DNA from: Lingula anatina
Lineage: Eukaryota; Animalia; Brachiopoda
Assembly: GCA_051362555.1 (NCBI GenBank)
Contig: CM120640.1
Span: 25,778,225-25,842,224, forward strand
Direction of reading: 5' to 3'
Length of the DNA stretch: 64,000 nt
Positions within the stretch are counted from its first letter, which is position 1, and each line of letters begins with the position of its first letter. Below are positions 21,971 to 36,453 of the stretch, in pieces. The position numbers were made by a program, and so were the translations under genes. The notes beneath the pieces are model-generated. The model was not told the DNA's origin and did not search any database. It saw only the letters and a program-made list of their open reading frames with translations.

Positions 21971-23874
21971 AATTCAGCTAAATTTGGAGGCAGTGTCCTG
22001 TGTAGAATTGCAGCATTGGAAACAACCATATTGAAGACACCGAGATTCAAGAAACTTTTAGAATAAAAAAAATGTACTGTTATGTCATATACCGTAGCAA
22101 TTCCAATAGTTACAACCAATCTGAAATAGCTCTATCTTGTGGTAATCGGGCTTTGTTAAACACTTCAATATTGAGTAATTTATAATTCTTATTTGAGTCC
22201 ATTGTAGCCGTCACAATTTAATTTTGTGGTTGAAAGAGTGGATGTCCATGCGATGTACTACAGGTAGATGCATGTCAATGTAAATGTAGGCCATTTCCTA
22301 CGTGTTGCAACGGAATAAAAATATTAATTATATAAGTATTGTGTTCAGTTCGAGTCTATGTTGTGTGAATAAACAGAATCACAATTCCGATCACAGGAGC
22401 ATCGGGAACATAGCTATCAAATGTGAGCAATGCAGTTTTTAAACGCAGCTTTAACTACTAGTAGTCGGTCAGCTATTAAATTAAAGCCGTTTTTAATTTG
22501 AATATAAGCACTTGCAAGTAAATTGACTAACAAGTAAAGTTATCTTGCACATTAGCGGGTATAGCGCCTGAACATATTGCTGCTTTTCAGAAAAATCGTT
22601 TCCCTATTTCCTGGTTGTTTTGTTTAGAGGGTGGCCTAACGCGAGAAAATCACTGGTTTGTCAGCCACTTTGCAATTTAAAAATTTTTTAATCAACCCCG
22701 TGAACCAGATAAAAGGAAAAACAAATTCACAATTTTCAATAACCGAACGGTCTCTGTATAAATCTTAAGATAATATTATATGTACCCAAAATTTTTGACC
22801 TGTTAAATCTGTTCGTTTTTAATATTGCATATTTTATTTATTTATTGGCTAAATAAACCTTATCTCTTGTCTGTTTATCTCTTATCTCTTAAAGAGATAG
22901 TGTGACACTGATACATGAATTTTGTCGATATTAAGACAGTAGGCCCAAATCGATATCCACTTCAATCTCAAAGAGTTTTTGAACAGTTTTGGGAGGGCCC
23001 TGTTCACAACCTCGAATGCAGTTCAGGCGTTAAATAGTCAAATTTCCCGAGGTTTAACTCAGCTTTCAAGCATCCCTTCCACACCCTTCTAAGAAAAAGA
23101 TGCGTCCAGTAAAACCCGCTCGTCCGTTTGGCAATTATTCATTGGCCGAACTTTATACCCATTGTACCTGGTAAATAGACTCCCTTTTTCACTATTTGAG
23201 GCTTTATGTCTAATTGGATTTGTGTCGTTGATTAAATGATTATATGATTAAAGTTAAAAAAAAAAAAAAAGAAATTAAATGTGTGATGACAGCTACCAGC
23301 CTAACCACAACTGCCTGTCCCGTTTTATGGTAAGATGCATTAGATGTGATCATAGAAGTGCGATTGCAAAATACCTACCTTTTTTCCCAAAAGAGTTCTA
23401 AGGTTGCAAAATGGAGGCGTCCATGGAAACCCGAATTTAGCAGGTGTTTGTAACGTCATTAGTGCATCAAGTAAGTTATATATTGTGTTTTTGAATCAGT
23501 CAAGTGCATCAGTCATTATTTCCATTATGATTTTTATGAATTTTTAGAATTTTGGAATAAACTGAACATCAAAGACGTTAAACGACAGCTATTTGTTGTC
23601 ACAGCGACTGAGCAATGAGGTGAAGGCATTTTTTATTTTACTGTCGTGCTGTGCGTACCTAATAGAATGCCAGTTATTAGACTTTGTACATAATTTCACC
23701 TTACTTACGTACGGTAAACGCATTGTCATATAATAAATGACTGGGTATGTTTTGAATTTGAAGGAAGTCATTTGCACACATACCTTATATGATTACCAAG
23801 TTATGCTAGTACTGACACTGAGTGAGATACACATTTATAACCCAATCTGTTTTGCATTGAATATTCAGCTAAGT

Positions 23875-26800
23875 ATGGAGGCAGAGCGTGAGGATCGAAT
23901 GGCCAACATCTTTGCCAAATTGGATGGCATGAAAGCAGACAGAGTGGAGCAGAATAAATTTGAATCTTCGTCAGAACAGAAACCTCCAAAAACGTATGAA
24001 GAATATGTGAAGTTGTATGGTCTGGTAAGGAAAATATACAAAAATATATTATTAATGTTGTGTACAGCAGGGTGTGCAATGTGTTGTTAGCAGTTTATTG
24101 GTCACACTGTTTACAGGCTTTCTGGTAAACTGTGTTTGATACATTGTATGGTGTAACACACTTTTGTTACTCATGTCTTAAATTTTGCCACTTGTGGTTA
24201 CAGAAAGAATGGCCAGAACGTCTGACCTCAGAAGGACCTCTACACTTGCAAGAAGAGGGTGGATTCCTTGGTGGACAGGAAGATATATACAACTTGCTGA
24301 AGGAGGAAGCACGTATCCTTGATAAAATCTGTATAAGTGGTCAGACAGATACATGTACCAAGCAAAACCTTTTCTATCTAAAGGCACACGATATACCCAG
24401 TATGTGTAAATGTTAACTGATAATACTCACTTCTTCCTGTATGAGACATTATACAAATTATGAGGGGTTGAAAGGGCAATTAAAGTGGCATATTTTGTCC
24501 CATATACATGTACATAATTCTGGTACTGTGTATATACTGCAGTATATATCCAAATGTTCTTCTGCAAAATACATAATTGTTTTATATTTTTATTACACGA
24601 TTAGCTTTTGTTTAATATATATATACCCCTTTTAGTTTAAGTTTTGTACTGTTTATTATACCACTTTAACTCTGATCACTTAGCCATTGACATGACTTTG
24701 TTGGATGACCTTGAAGACAGATTACTGGATTTGGAAAGAAAACTGAGACACTATGCAGATCAAATTATCACTGAAGAAACACGGTCATCCAGAAGAGCAG
24801 AAAACTTGTTTTATGCACCACCAAAAAGTAATGCTGCAATCATCAATATTTTTCCTTTGTTCTTATTGATTATTTTGTTAGCTAAGAGCTTAACGAAAAT
24901 AAATATTAAAAGTTATAACATTGATTAAGATGTTAAGAAAACAGGTTTAAATGTCTAGAATATTAAATACAGGCAGTAGTTCCTAAAATTATTTATAAAA
25001 TTATGATAAATAGTTAAGATCAGCTATTAAGATTGAAACCATTTACTTGGCAATGAGTACTTCAGGCATGCTTTAATAAATGGATTTCTTTTCAGCTTTC
25101 TTGACACAAATGGCAGAATCAGATGCTGTCAAAATACATCATAGCAGCAAAGCCAAAAAGTCAAAGGTAGTAATGTTGTCCACTATTATCAGATTTGAAT
25201 ATACAATTTTTTTAATATCATCAAAATGATACTGATTACTCATTGGAATTAAAATAATTATCACATCAGCCAAATCTGAAGATATTTCTTTGAACCATTT
25301 GTACAACATTCCCTCTCATTCTAATTATTTCAGAAACTTTTAGCAATGAAATTTGCCACATGGAAACCAGGGGTATATAGATAAATTGCATTATGATATA
25401 ATATTCTGCTTTATTATGATAATGCATGAAATATATTTTGGACGGCTGGGGCATGGTGTTTGCATGGATACTAGATTTATGCTTGCAAGCATTACTTCTG
25501 TAGTCTTGACATTCCCTTTGTAAGGATTTTTTTAAATAAGAATATGGACAGTTGAACTTTATATACGAGTATGTTTGGCACACCTTCTGTCTTTTCTTTT
25601 TTATTTAACTAGTATTTATGCTAGCATTTGTCACTTGTATTTTCGGACCTACATACACATGTAAATATAAATTAAAAGAAACTGCATGGATTTAATGAAA
25701 ATTTTACTCTTAATCTTATAGATTAGTCTTCCTTCCAACCTGCTGATCTGACATTTCTTAGTTTATGTGTAATAGCTGGAACTTTCCATTTTTGCTTTCA
25801 TTGTCAGGAAAATTCTTAACATGGTCTAAAGTATATTCTAAAAGCACATTCTTTTATTCTGGTAACTCATCCATTAATTATTCATTTTCCTTTTCTAAAT
25901 GCACATTTATGTAGAAATATGTCTTATAAAATGGTGTGGTAATGTGAGTCAATGAACACTGGCTTATGTCAATTGATATAATCATGTGAATGAATGAATG
26001 CAGTTTGATGCATGTCAATGGCTATGTGAAAAATGTCACTTTGGTGGAAACTAATAATGTTGGCCAAATTGCCAATTTATTTTGATGTAAAACTAATGAT
26101 TGCTTAGCTTGGATGCATTATTTGTTCTGAAAATGATGGTGTCCATTTCTGTAGGATCTGGCAGAGGTGATGCTGGAGACGAGGAAAAAAGGAGTAGAGT
26201 TTTGTACATTCCCTGGCTTCAGGAAGGGAGAGTTGACTGAGCTGCCAGCACAGCTAGAGACTCCACAAATTCTGCATAGAGTGACCAAGGCACAGGACTT
26301 TAATGTAAGCAAGTCAAAAATGACCTTTCAATAAATACAAAGAGAAAAGAGAATGGTCTTGTATGACAGATAAAGATAAACCTTTACAAAATATTTTTGA
26401 TTCATTTGAATGCTACATGTTTATGTTATATGATTGAGGTTATCAAAAACATAAAATTATATTTATTATATATGTAACCAATTTCTTTGCAATTTTAGCG
26501 TGGCTTCAAAAAGATGTGGAAGAAAGTTTTCTTATCAGAAGCATCAGTGGCATTGATGCAGGACACATTCTGGTGGTTTTTTATAAACAAGTATGAGGTA
26601 AGAGACTTGTATTTCATACTGTTTTTATCAGATAATGTTATGTGCCATTTGTGCATCTTTTTGGCTGAATTTTTTCAATTTTGACATGTCACTGTTATAG
26701 AAAGATTTTTTTCTTTTTGCATTTATTTCCATTACACAATTTAGAAATCCAAGCACAGCAGTGAGCAAGACCAACTGTTTGACAGAATTGCAGACAGCTT

Positions 26801-29607
26801 TGTTGCCCTGTTTTCAAGTATCCATCCTGATGTTAAGGACAAGTTTTTCCAGGTAAGCAACTACAAAAACCAGCAGTTATTGTAAGCTATGTAGCCACAT
26901 TTCCTTCACTTACATCTTTAGACTGAAGTGAAGTTATGATTGATAGTCATTATGGAACTGTTTTTTTTTCAGGCTCAGTTTAACCTTTTATGTGCACATG
27001 TATGATATGCTGCTTTAACTTTCTTCTTCAGGTGTATCCTGAGGCTCTTGCTCAAGCCATCTATTCTGCCTTCTTGGAGGCTTTCCCAGAGTCTAAAGTT
27101 CAATTCCATGATGGTTTCAAACAAGAACTGCTCAATACAACATATGAATGGATGACTGGTGAGGTCCCAGTCTTGTAACTATATGCAGTAGATCTTTTAG
27201 GCAATATCATGCAAAAAGTCTCAGTTGCTTGCTAATTATGTTTGACTGCTTTGCTGATAATTTAATAGTATAATCTAAATTTCATTATACTGCCATTATC
27301 ATGATAAAAAAATCTTTTGAATATTTACGTTCTATATCTTTGAACATCCAATATTTTACTGCATTTACTTTACAATAATTATGGAATTTTACATATTATT
27401 AAGTTGTCAAACATTACTGTCAAATAATATTGTTTGACCTTGCCAGGTGTTAAGCCAGTTCCTGGAACTCACAAGCAATGGAATCTAAGAAGATTGGAAC
27501 CAAAGGCCAAAGCTACGGATGATAATGCAAGGATGCTGAAGGCAGATCAAGAGAAAAATGGTACAAAATAATTAACTGCATTCAATATATAGTGCACATG
27601 TTAATCATGGAAACCCACGGATGTATTCTGAAATACAGTATGTAAAATAGTAAAAGTTTCCATCTGACCATTTGATGTATGAAAATAGAAATATTTAATC
27701 TGTGGCACATATCATTAATGCTGTAAAGAAAGAAACTTCCATCTTAACTGTAACCTTTATTTCATTGCCAGCAAAAGCCAAATCAGACATGGAAAACTTT
27801 GAGAAATATGTGATGAGCTTTGGCAATGAGCCGAGAGACCAGGATGCTTCCAGAGAAAGCACATCTAACAAAACTAGAGACCTGGTATCCAGGGAGATCA
27901 CCAAGGCAACAAGGGAAACAACAGGCTCCCTGCCAACACATACCCAGAATATGCTGACTCAATCAAGAGTGGCCACCTGTGGAACACCAAGGAGAAAGCC
28001 TGTGGAAGTAAGAATATATACCTTTACTGTTTTATAATCACGAAGTACCATGTTTTTTAATCTTCTCATAGATACATAGTTTACAATCATTTCCAGTAAA
28101 AGAAAAATGGATAAAGATCATTTCTAAGAGAATTAACTTTTTCCATAATTTAATATACTGAATAGCACATAATGTATGTAGTTTTTAAAACAAACTCCTT
28201 CATGAAATTTACATTTACAATATATTATACATTATATATACTAAAGTCCCTTTTCACATCGAGTTGAACAGTTTGCCATTTTGAGAAATTGACAACTCAA
28301 TAGTCTGGCTATTACAAAAGAGGGTAACGTGCACAGGACCTCTGCACTCAACACAGCAAGTTATAACCAGATTATTTGGCATGGTTTATTGGGGCTTTTG
28401 AAAGGGAGTAAAAAACATAGCTGGATTACTTATTGGGACCAGCCATACAGCTTGATGTGAAAAGAGCATTATTTTCATAAAAAGATGTTGGTTTGATATC
28501 AGACAATGTAATGGCTTTAAATTTTTATTTCAGTCTCATCAAATTGGACCAGGACCAGAATTTGAACGTGTCAAGTTTAACTTAACTGGCCAGAGTCCCC
28601 TGATAGCACACTACATGCACATGAGACAGTTACAAGACCTGGAACAACCAGGCAGGAGGATACGGAGGACAGAAATAGCACATCTGCCATATCCTTTCAT
28701 ATATTAATTTGTTAAAACCAGATATATTCTAAATATATTCTAAAATACCATCAGAGAAGATGCTACACCCAATTTTTCCATTTACCTACGTGCATTACTT
28801 AAAAAAGGAAATAATTGATACATATTTTTTCTTAACTGAGTCCACTTTGCCGGCACCAACCTATAAGCAGGTCATCAACAAATCCTTGGCATTTTCTCAG
28901 GCAATACAGAGGGAGTATCAAAGGTAAGACTGCCAATCTACTGCTTGTAATAGATGTTTTATACATCACCTCTTAATTTCAATCATTTACAGTAAGTTAT
29001 TTTCCCCCATTTATCTGAATTGAATACATAAAACATTTTTGACTCTGTAGACAAAAAAAAATAAAAAATGATAGTCGTAATGTAAAAAAAATATATATAT
29101 ATTTTAGCAAAATGGTGCAAATTACATGGATCTACAGTTTTTTTTTTTTTTAATCACTTTTTTTAGAATAACAGAGCAGACTAACCAAGAAATATTAAAA
29201 CTTGAACTGAAGCGTTTAGAAACAAACCGTGAGATATCTAAAATGAAGGACCAAGTATCAGCAGCCAGAAACAGCATGGAATTGAAAATGTTGCGGGAAA
29301 AACTGTGGGAAAAGAAAATGGTAAAGAAGACAATTTTGTTAAAATCTACAAAGATTTCATAGTCCTCATATTTATTAAAGTCATCCATCTTTGACATGAT
29401 GTACAATTTATGATATATCAGTGAAAACTTTCATATGGTTTATATCCAATGAAACAAAATCACAAAGACTAGACATTAGACTAGACATTCTGTTCTGTTT
29501 ATTCATTTCAGGAGAGACAAACCCACACACCTCTTCCATTGGGCATGGAGAATCCATTTTCTGGAGGAGATGATGAGGATGAAGATGATACAGATGGTGC
29601 TATGTAG
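23875..29607 (+). CDS. FAM227B: FAM227B-like (FWWh domain) protein. Exons 23875-24024, 24204-24312, 24684-24827, 25096-25166, 26155-26304, 26499-26597, 26745-26852, 27032-27158, 27447-27560, 27772-28007, 28534-28688, 28846-28923, 29167-29320, 29512-29607
   Basis: QDTFWWFF, LFDRIADSFV, YPEALAQAIY, FN..GQSPLI..Y and PTY motifs; the frame is continuous when two U12 introns are used. Confidence 0.85.
24313..24683 (+). other. U12-type GT-AG intron
   Basis: 5' site GTATCCTTG; CTTTAAC branch (24664-24670) 13 nt before the end of the intron; splice keeps frame (KEEAP-IDM). Confidence 0.75.
28245..28470. mobile_element. MITE-like element with terminal inverted repeats
   Basis: CCTTTTCACATCGAGTTG at left versus CAGCTTGATGTGAAAAGAG at right. 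Confidence 0.6.
28689..28845 (+). other. U12-type AT-AC intron
   Basis: 5' site ATATCCTTT; branch TTTCTTAAC ending 28836; ends CCAC; splice gives in-frame HLP-LPAPTY. Confidence 0.9.
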
Positions 29608-30415
29608 GGCAACATGCTAACAAATAAAACTTTCATATGATCAGTTTAAAAATTGGGCAAAAAGTTTTCACTGACATACAAAATTTATGTAAAGAACATT
29701 TTAGTAAATTCTCTAATAATTTTCAGCAGCATGACAAATTAGGTACATGTATTACATGCAAATCTGAAACAATGGCATGGCATCATTGGATTGTACTTGT
29801 GTTTTTCCACTTTACTTCTTAATCATTCTACATTTTAAAAAACAAAGTATTTTCCTTTTATTCTTTTATTAATGAAACAAAAAGCAGGTCAGTTTAGGTT
29901 ATCTGATATTTGTAAATACTCATGATGACATGTATATCATATTTTTAAATGATTAAAATCACACAATTCATGTAAATGTCTTAAAAGATAATAAACCTCT
30001 GAATAGTAACATTATTGACTTGTTACTGTATATAAATAGGTTTTGGAATGTTAGCTTCTCTAATTGAAAACGTACTGAACAAGCTCAGTCAAGTTATCCA
30101 CCATTATCACTAATTATTAATAAAAGCTTAGGAATTTTCATTATTTTAATTATTATACATGTATATCAAAATATATCTTCTTTAACTTTATAAATGACAT
30201 TTTTATTGATAGTGATAGCTCAGTCTGAGCAGAACTTCTGCAGTTCATATTTTAATCCTTCAAGCAAATCACAATACTTTATACAAATATCAAATCAAAT
30301 GTTAAAAATATATTGCTCTGATGAACACCAACTTTAAGACCGAAATGCAGTTTGGCATTATTGGTACCGTGTGTTCTTATAGCAGATTTCACACTCAAGT
30401 AAAACCAGGCTGTGG

Positions 30416-33400
30416 CTAATCATCCCACTTATAGATAACTGCACCACTTCCTGGAACAGTGGCAAACAAACTTTCCTTCACTCTGTCTTCTCTGGCTGGA
30501 TCTTTGGCATAATATTTCTGCTGTATGGCGGTGATGAATTCCTGTACGCAATCAGCTGGCACCATAGACACTGCACATCCTCCCCAGCCAGCACCAGTCA
30601 GCCTGGAGCCTAGAGCCCCAGATTGTCTGATATAATAAAATAATATGTCCCATGAGATATAATGTATATAAACTTAAGCCGGGATATCAATATAATTGGA
30701 AGTATGAATTTAATCTACTGGAAATGCTACTTGTCTGTAAAATGTGGATGTTATACATACATGTAAAATAAAATTTTGAAAAACAAGCAAATGTACTAAA
30801 TTCATGTGATGTTTTTAACAGAATTATATTATGTAGACATTGTAAAAGAAAAACAGGAATGCAGAAGTACATGAATCAAGACTGATATCACTGTTTTCTA
30901 CAAAGTAATCTCTTCCGATACTTACATGCAAAGGTCCACTAAGTGGTCAAGATCTGGACAGCTACATTCATAAAGGTCTCTGCAGGACATGTGACTGTCA
31001 TTCATAAGTTGACCAAGCATCTCCGAGGCATTGTGAGGCTGCTCATCACAAATTTTCTTAAAATCCCACACTCTTTTGGCCTCGCTATACACATGGGTGG
31101 CTCGATCATGCAACTTAAATGATTCAACTAAAATGATAAAACAATTTGATTATCAAAAGAATAGAGAAAAACTATAATTAAAGTGTTCAAAGCATTTATG
31201 AATCTGTTACATTTCTACCGCTTTTCATATTGTGCTGACACGATTAAAAATAGACACAATTATGTTACAAGTAAAAGAATAATTGAAGAAGTTATATCAA
31301 ATTATAGCGTATTTTTTACAAAGAAGATTACAAGATTGCTATTGAACAGAATATGAAGTTCAAAGAGAAAAAAAGGGAAGAAACCCATACCTGTCAGAGT
31401 GTTCTGGCTGAGACTTGTTTGTGCAAGTTCTTCAGCACTTACACCAAGAATATTGCACACTTCTTCTTTACTGTATGGTTCAGGATGGAGGACACTTTGG
31501 GTGAGCTTAATTGCATCTTCAAGAGTGATACCAAGAGTCTTCTGTAAGTCTCCTAGCTTTTTGATTTCCCTCCAGTTTAGGCCTTTTTCTTTTGCCATTA
31601 TCTGTAAACATGTGAGTTTAAATAGCATACTATGATATTCATAGAAAACATCCAATCTTTATGAATGTGAAGAAACAACTACACTATATCATTAATTTTA
31701 ACTCAAACAAAAGTGTTCAATTAAAAAGAGTTTAATGAAGCAACCATTTGTGGAAATACCACATGTAGTAAGAGAATATTATGATCAAGCATAACCTTTA
31801 CCCATATATACATGAACACATTTACCTGACATGCCAGCCTACATTCCACTACCCTGATATTGAAGTGGGAGGTAGCAGCCTTGTTCATCTCCACACAACT
31901 ATTACTGATAACGAACACCACTCCTTGAGGCAGGCTGACGTTGGTGGCTTTCAAAGGGTTAAACTCTACCAATTTTGCCTGAAATCATGTTCTACATGTA
32001 GGTGAACAAAAGATGGCATTTTTTTCTGTAATAATGTGCTACCATTTGGAGCATATTACTTTTTTTAAACTGAAAAAAATGAAGCATCTTTTATTGAATC
32101 TTGAATTTAAAGCAATGAATCAGCTTTTTGATAAAGGACCATCATAAAACAAATAAACATCACAGCACAGTCGTAACTTTTCCCTACCTTTCCAGCCTCT
32201 GCCAGGAAACAGATGGCCTGGTCCATCCCACCACCTATAGTTCCAATGTATTGTTCACAGAGGGCACACATGTCTGCTATCTCCACCTGAAACATACATT
32301 TTGACTTGTAGGGGAATTTGCATTCTGCTGTTAAAAAATACAATACAAATTTTCCCGGTGTCTTGCACAATGATCTACCAGAATCCAAAAAGACTAGATA
32401 CTGTTACAGTATTTATTTTCCTATAGAAAAAAATAATAGCTTTACCTTGCCCATTTGCTGTCCATTTATATGAGCTGTGGTGAGTGCAGCACAACACACA
32501 AGGGCACTTGAACTTGAGAGACCTGCACTTCTTGGGACAGTGCCATCTAGGACCAGATTCATGCCTTTGGGATTCTTAAGAGACAGATGCTCCAAGACAC
32601 CTTTGTATCCACACAGGAAATAGTGAAACCACAGAGGCTTAGACTTGTCAATTTCTATGTTGTCTGTTGCGCAGCTATACTCACTGAAAGGATAGAATAA
32701 AATGTATAAAATGTCTGAAATACACATATGTTAATCTATGATTTTGGTGTTCACATGTCGATATAGACTTTGGATCTGAATAGAGGACTTCCTTATTAAG
32801 ACAATCGTCCAGTTTAAAAATAAAGTAAAGCAAAAGTAAATCTGTAAAAGAGTTATACAGAAAAAAAATGAAAAATATATTTGATACTTACTAAGTGCCA
32901 ATAAATATCTTGACATATACTAGTACTAGTATAAAACTTCTCATAGTCACATACACATATATGTCATTTGTATAAATGACAGTAAAAATGTGTCATATAC
33001 ACACTGTATGACAGTACCTGAAGTTTGAATCTGTATTGCTGAGCACGATCTTTTCGCTATCATTTGCTGCAGCTGCTATGACAATGTCTTGTTCAATGGC
33101 CATGGGGAGAACTGAATAACCACAGTAGTCAATATGTTCACCTGAAATATAGAGAATAATATAATCCATATTAACAGCCAAGTCAAAATGGCAATCAAAC
33201 TTCTATTTTATCATCGTGCTAATTCACTGATGCTCTGCTTGATTATGCGTGTGAAGTTAATTGGAGAAAATTATCCTCAATTAACGAAATTTGTACCTCC
33301 AATGCAGTGCAGAACTTTTTTAATTTTCCACTATATCTCAATTTAAAGTGTCAATAACTGATCAAGAGCCCAATGGTTTCACTGATGACTGAGATAGGTC

Positions 33401-33847
33401 TTTGGGAAAACATCCTTTAGTCCCTCCAAAGGGATCTCAGTTTCAAACCAGTATGCTTAGTTTTTTCCTAATCTAAAACAATCATCTACACACTTATGGA
33501 ATTTAATGAAACGCATAATTACTAAATAAATTAAAGAATTAAAGACCTAAGGATATAACACCGCGGAATCCCATTTTTAAAATTGTCCAAACAGCTTAAT
33601 GTATATATATATCGCCTTCTAGTTCTAGTTTCACTTTTTTTTACTTACACCTCCCAGCACGGTAGGAAACTGTGCAAACTTAGCGCTTATAGTACTAACC
33701 TATGAGGTTGACTCTACCGGGAGCACGCACAAAGAACTCGGGATAGGTACCGTATTTAGCTACAAACGTTTCCTTCAAAGTAGAAAACCTTGGCATTTTC
33801 CCCTGAGGGATAAGAGAAACCGGCGGAGGTGTGTCAACCATGGTCAT
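30416..33847 (-). CDS. GALK2: N-acetylgalactosamine kinase. Exons 33847(or 33841)-33700, 33141-33018, 32683-32446, 32286-32188, 31978-31826, 31601-31391, 31127-30926, 30626-30416
   Basis: [42 protein letters not shown] and [12 protein letters not shown] (GHMP kinase motifs). Confidence 0.95.
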
Positions 33848-34060
33848 AAACCCATTCGGTGTGCAGATGTAATGTATAATTGTATTATCAAGATGAGCCA
33901 ATGTGCATATCAGTAATCATCAGAGAGTACACCTACTCGATAAATTATTGGGGGACAAAATGTTTGGAACAAAAAGAGAAATTTTACAAAAAATTAAACA
34001 TAACCTTTGTGAATTTAAAGATTAATGGATTATCTTGGAAATTTTCACCAAGAAGTAAAG
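33848..34060. promoter_or_regulatory. Compact bidirectional promoter between GALK2 and MRPS30
   Basis: Divergent start codons about 210 bp apart; YY1-like AAGATGGCTGCC overlaps the MRPS30 ATG. Confidence 0.6.
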
Positions 34061-36418
34061 ATGGCTGCCTGCATGCGGTTGCAACAATTTGCGGGTAAAA
34101 ATGCTGTTCAAATTTGTCGAAGACACTTATCTGGAGCCAAAATTAGAAAGAAAGTGAGAGAAAGGAATCCCCCTACAATAATTCATAAGAACACAACCAT
34201 GAAGGAATGGCCTTTCTATTCGGCGACGGCAAGTTTCGACTACCCCAAACCACAAGGTGATGTTGCTGAGTATCCTCCGATTAAGGAGAGATTCCCTCCT
34301 GGAAAATGGGGATGTATCCCCGACAGAAAAGCTTGGGTAATGTACGAAAAGGGAAAAGAGCTTCTTGATATACCACATGTAGCAGAAAGATTGGAGGAAC
34401 TTTGCTCTAAAGAACAAGTAATCGTCTACCAGCTTCCTCTCTGGCAGCGCGAACATGGCCTGGTTGAATTCTTCCAGTATATCACGAAGACACACTTAGT
34501 GAAAGGAGAGCTACCAGATATTTATGGCAGTATTGAAGTGGATGATGAAACCTTTAACTTCATCAAACCTTTGGTTTTAGAAGTGATCCTCCAAGAGAAA
34601 GCACAGGTGGTGCAATATGGACGCCCACACCAACCTATTAAACACCGCACTCCTTTACAGGAGAGAATTAAAAGAGAAGAGGAATCTATTCGCCAAATTG
34701 TGAATGTAATAAGGACTTCCTTATGCAGAAAAAAGCCTCACTTAATGAAGTTATTGCAAGACAAGAAAGTCCGTATAGAGGCTTACTGGTTGCGAAGTGG
34801 ATATGAAGCCATAGAAGATAATGGATATTTTAATACAGGTTTCAAACATCCGAAGGGTTTTGATCAAGTCACAAAAGCTCTCAAGTTCCAATCATCCCAT
34901 ACTGCAAATGTTGTTCTGACTGCAGAACAACCAATACCTGAGGTGTGTGCTTTTATTTTGAATTTTAGATGATATCATAAGGCACAGTTGCCGAGTTGTT
35001 GAATCATAGGCTGCATTTGAAGGCTCATGAAAAGCACACTAAAATCAGGACTTTCAGTAGCCCAGGACCAGCACCATATTATATGGGTAATTTTGGGAAG
35101 ATGAAGGTCAAGATGTGTAATTACTAATTAAATTTTAGTGTACTTTTTGTCTTTACATACTAATAAAAATGTGAAGACTCACCTACAAGTCAATGTTATT
35201 CCCTTCATCCCTCTTGTACTCTCAAATCTTTGGTAATTTGTTTAGATGTTAATAGTGTATTTTTATTCTTAAGATAATTAAGTTGCAAATGACTGGCCAG
35301 TCACTTACACTGCTTTATTTTTCTCTACATCTCAGAGGGAAATATATTAACATCAGGTACTTGTATTAGGATGGTTTTGATATTTTACAGGTCTGAATTG
35401 GGAAAGATGAGTAGCTTCGCAGGATATATAGGTATAAAAAGTAGGGGGAGGAAAGGAAGTGGACTTGTTGTGGCTAATTTTACTTTTGCATTTACAGAAC
35501 ATTTATTTCTCATATTTGTTACAGTTTATCTCAAAGGAAGATCCCCTGTGCACAGAAGAAATTCCCCAATTCAGATATAATCCTATGACAGTTGGACAAC
35601 ATACAGCACCAAGTAAACCAAGATTTGTGCCAGGTGGGACATCAATGAGTGGATTTAAAGAAGAACTTCTTATTTGTGCCTTTGAGGGACACACCACACC
35701 TGACAAGCAACTTTTGGACAGAATTATTTTTCAAACTCGTTTGAATAAAAAGCAGTACCTTACTAGCGACCCTTCAAAATATTATCTCTGAATCATACTA
35801 CGTTGAAATGAAAAATAAAGTTAATACTTTTTCAAATAGGTTACCACCTAGGTCAAGCCTGTGAGTTTGCCTACCTAACCATCAATACCCCAGGCAGAGA
35901 AATCGATGAAGCTTCCCTACCTCACCCAGATGACATGAAGACTATAACTTTGCAAGCAGGGATTGGAATCTCATTTTCACAGCTCCTAGCAAAGGCACAT
36001 TACTTGGGTATGTAATTTATATAGTACTTTTTTATGAAAATTTATGATCATTTTTATATATACAGACACTGTAAGTGCTGATCATGCTGATCGCTGTCGC
36101 TGTTCGACACATGACACTCGCCCCATAACTGCCAAACCATATTTTTGTTTTACGTAAAATTTACTGAGTGGCTTTGTTTGGTAAAGAAGTAAGTTGCTTA
36201 CAAAAAAGGGATGATAGCCTGGTTTACATTAAGAGTAATTATTATTATAATTTTTTTTTTTACAATTTTGGTGACGGTTGCCCCATAACTTCCAAACTGT
36301 ATTTTTGTTTTACTTTAAATTTACTGAGTGGCTTTGTTTGGGTTTACAAAGAGGTAGATTGCTTTTGAAAATCAGCATGATCAGTTTACATTTATGGAAG
36401 TTATTCTCTCTCTCTCTT

Positions 36419-36453
<35 letters not shown>

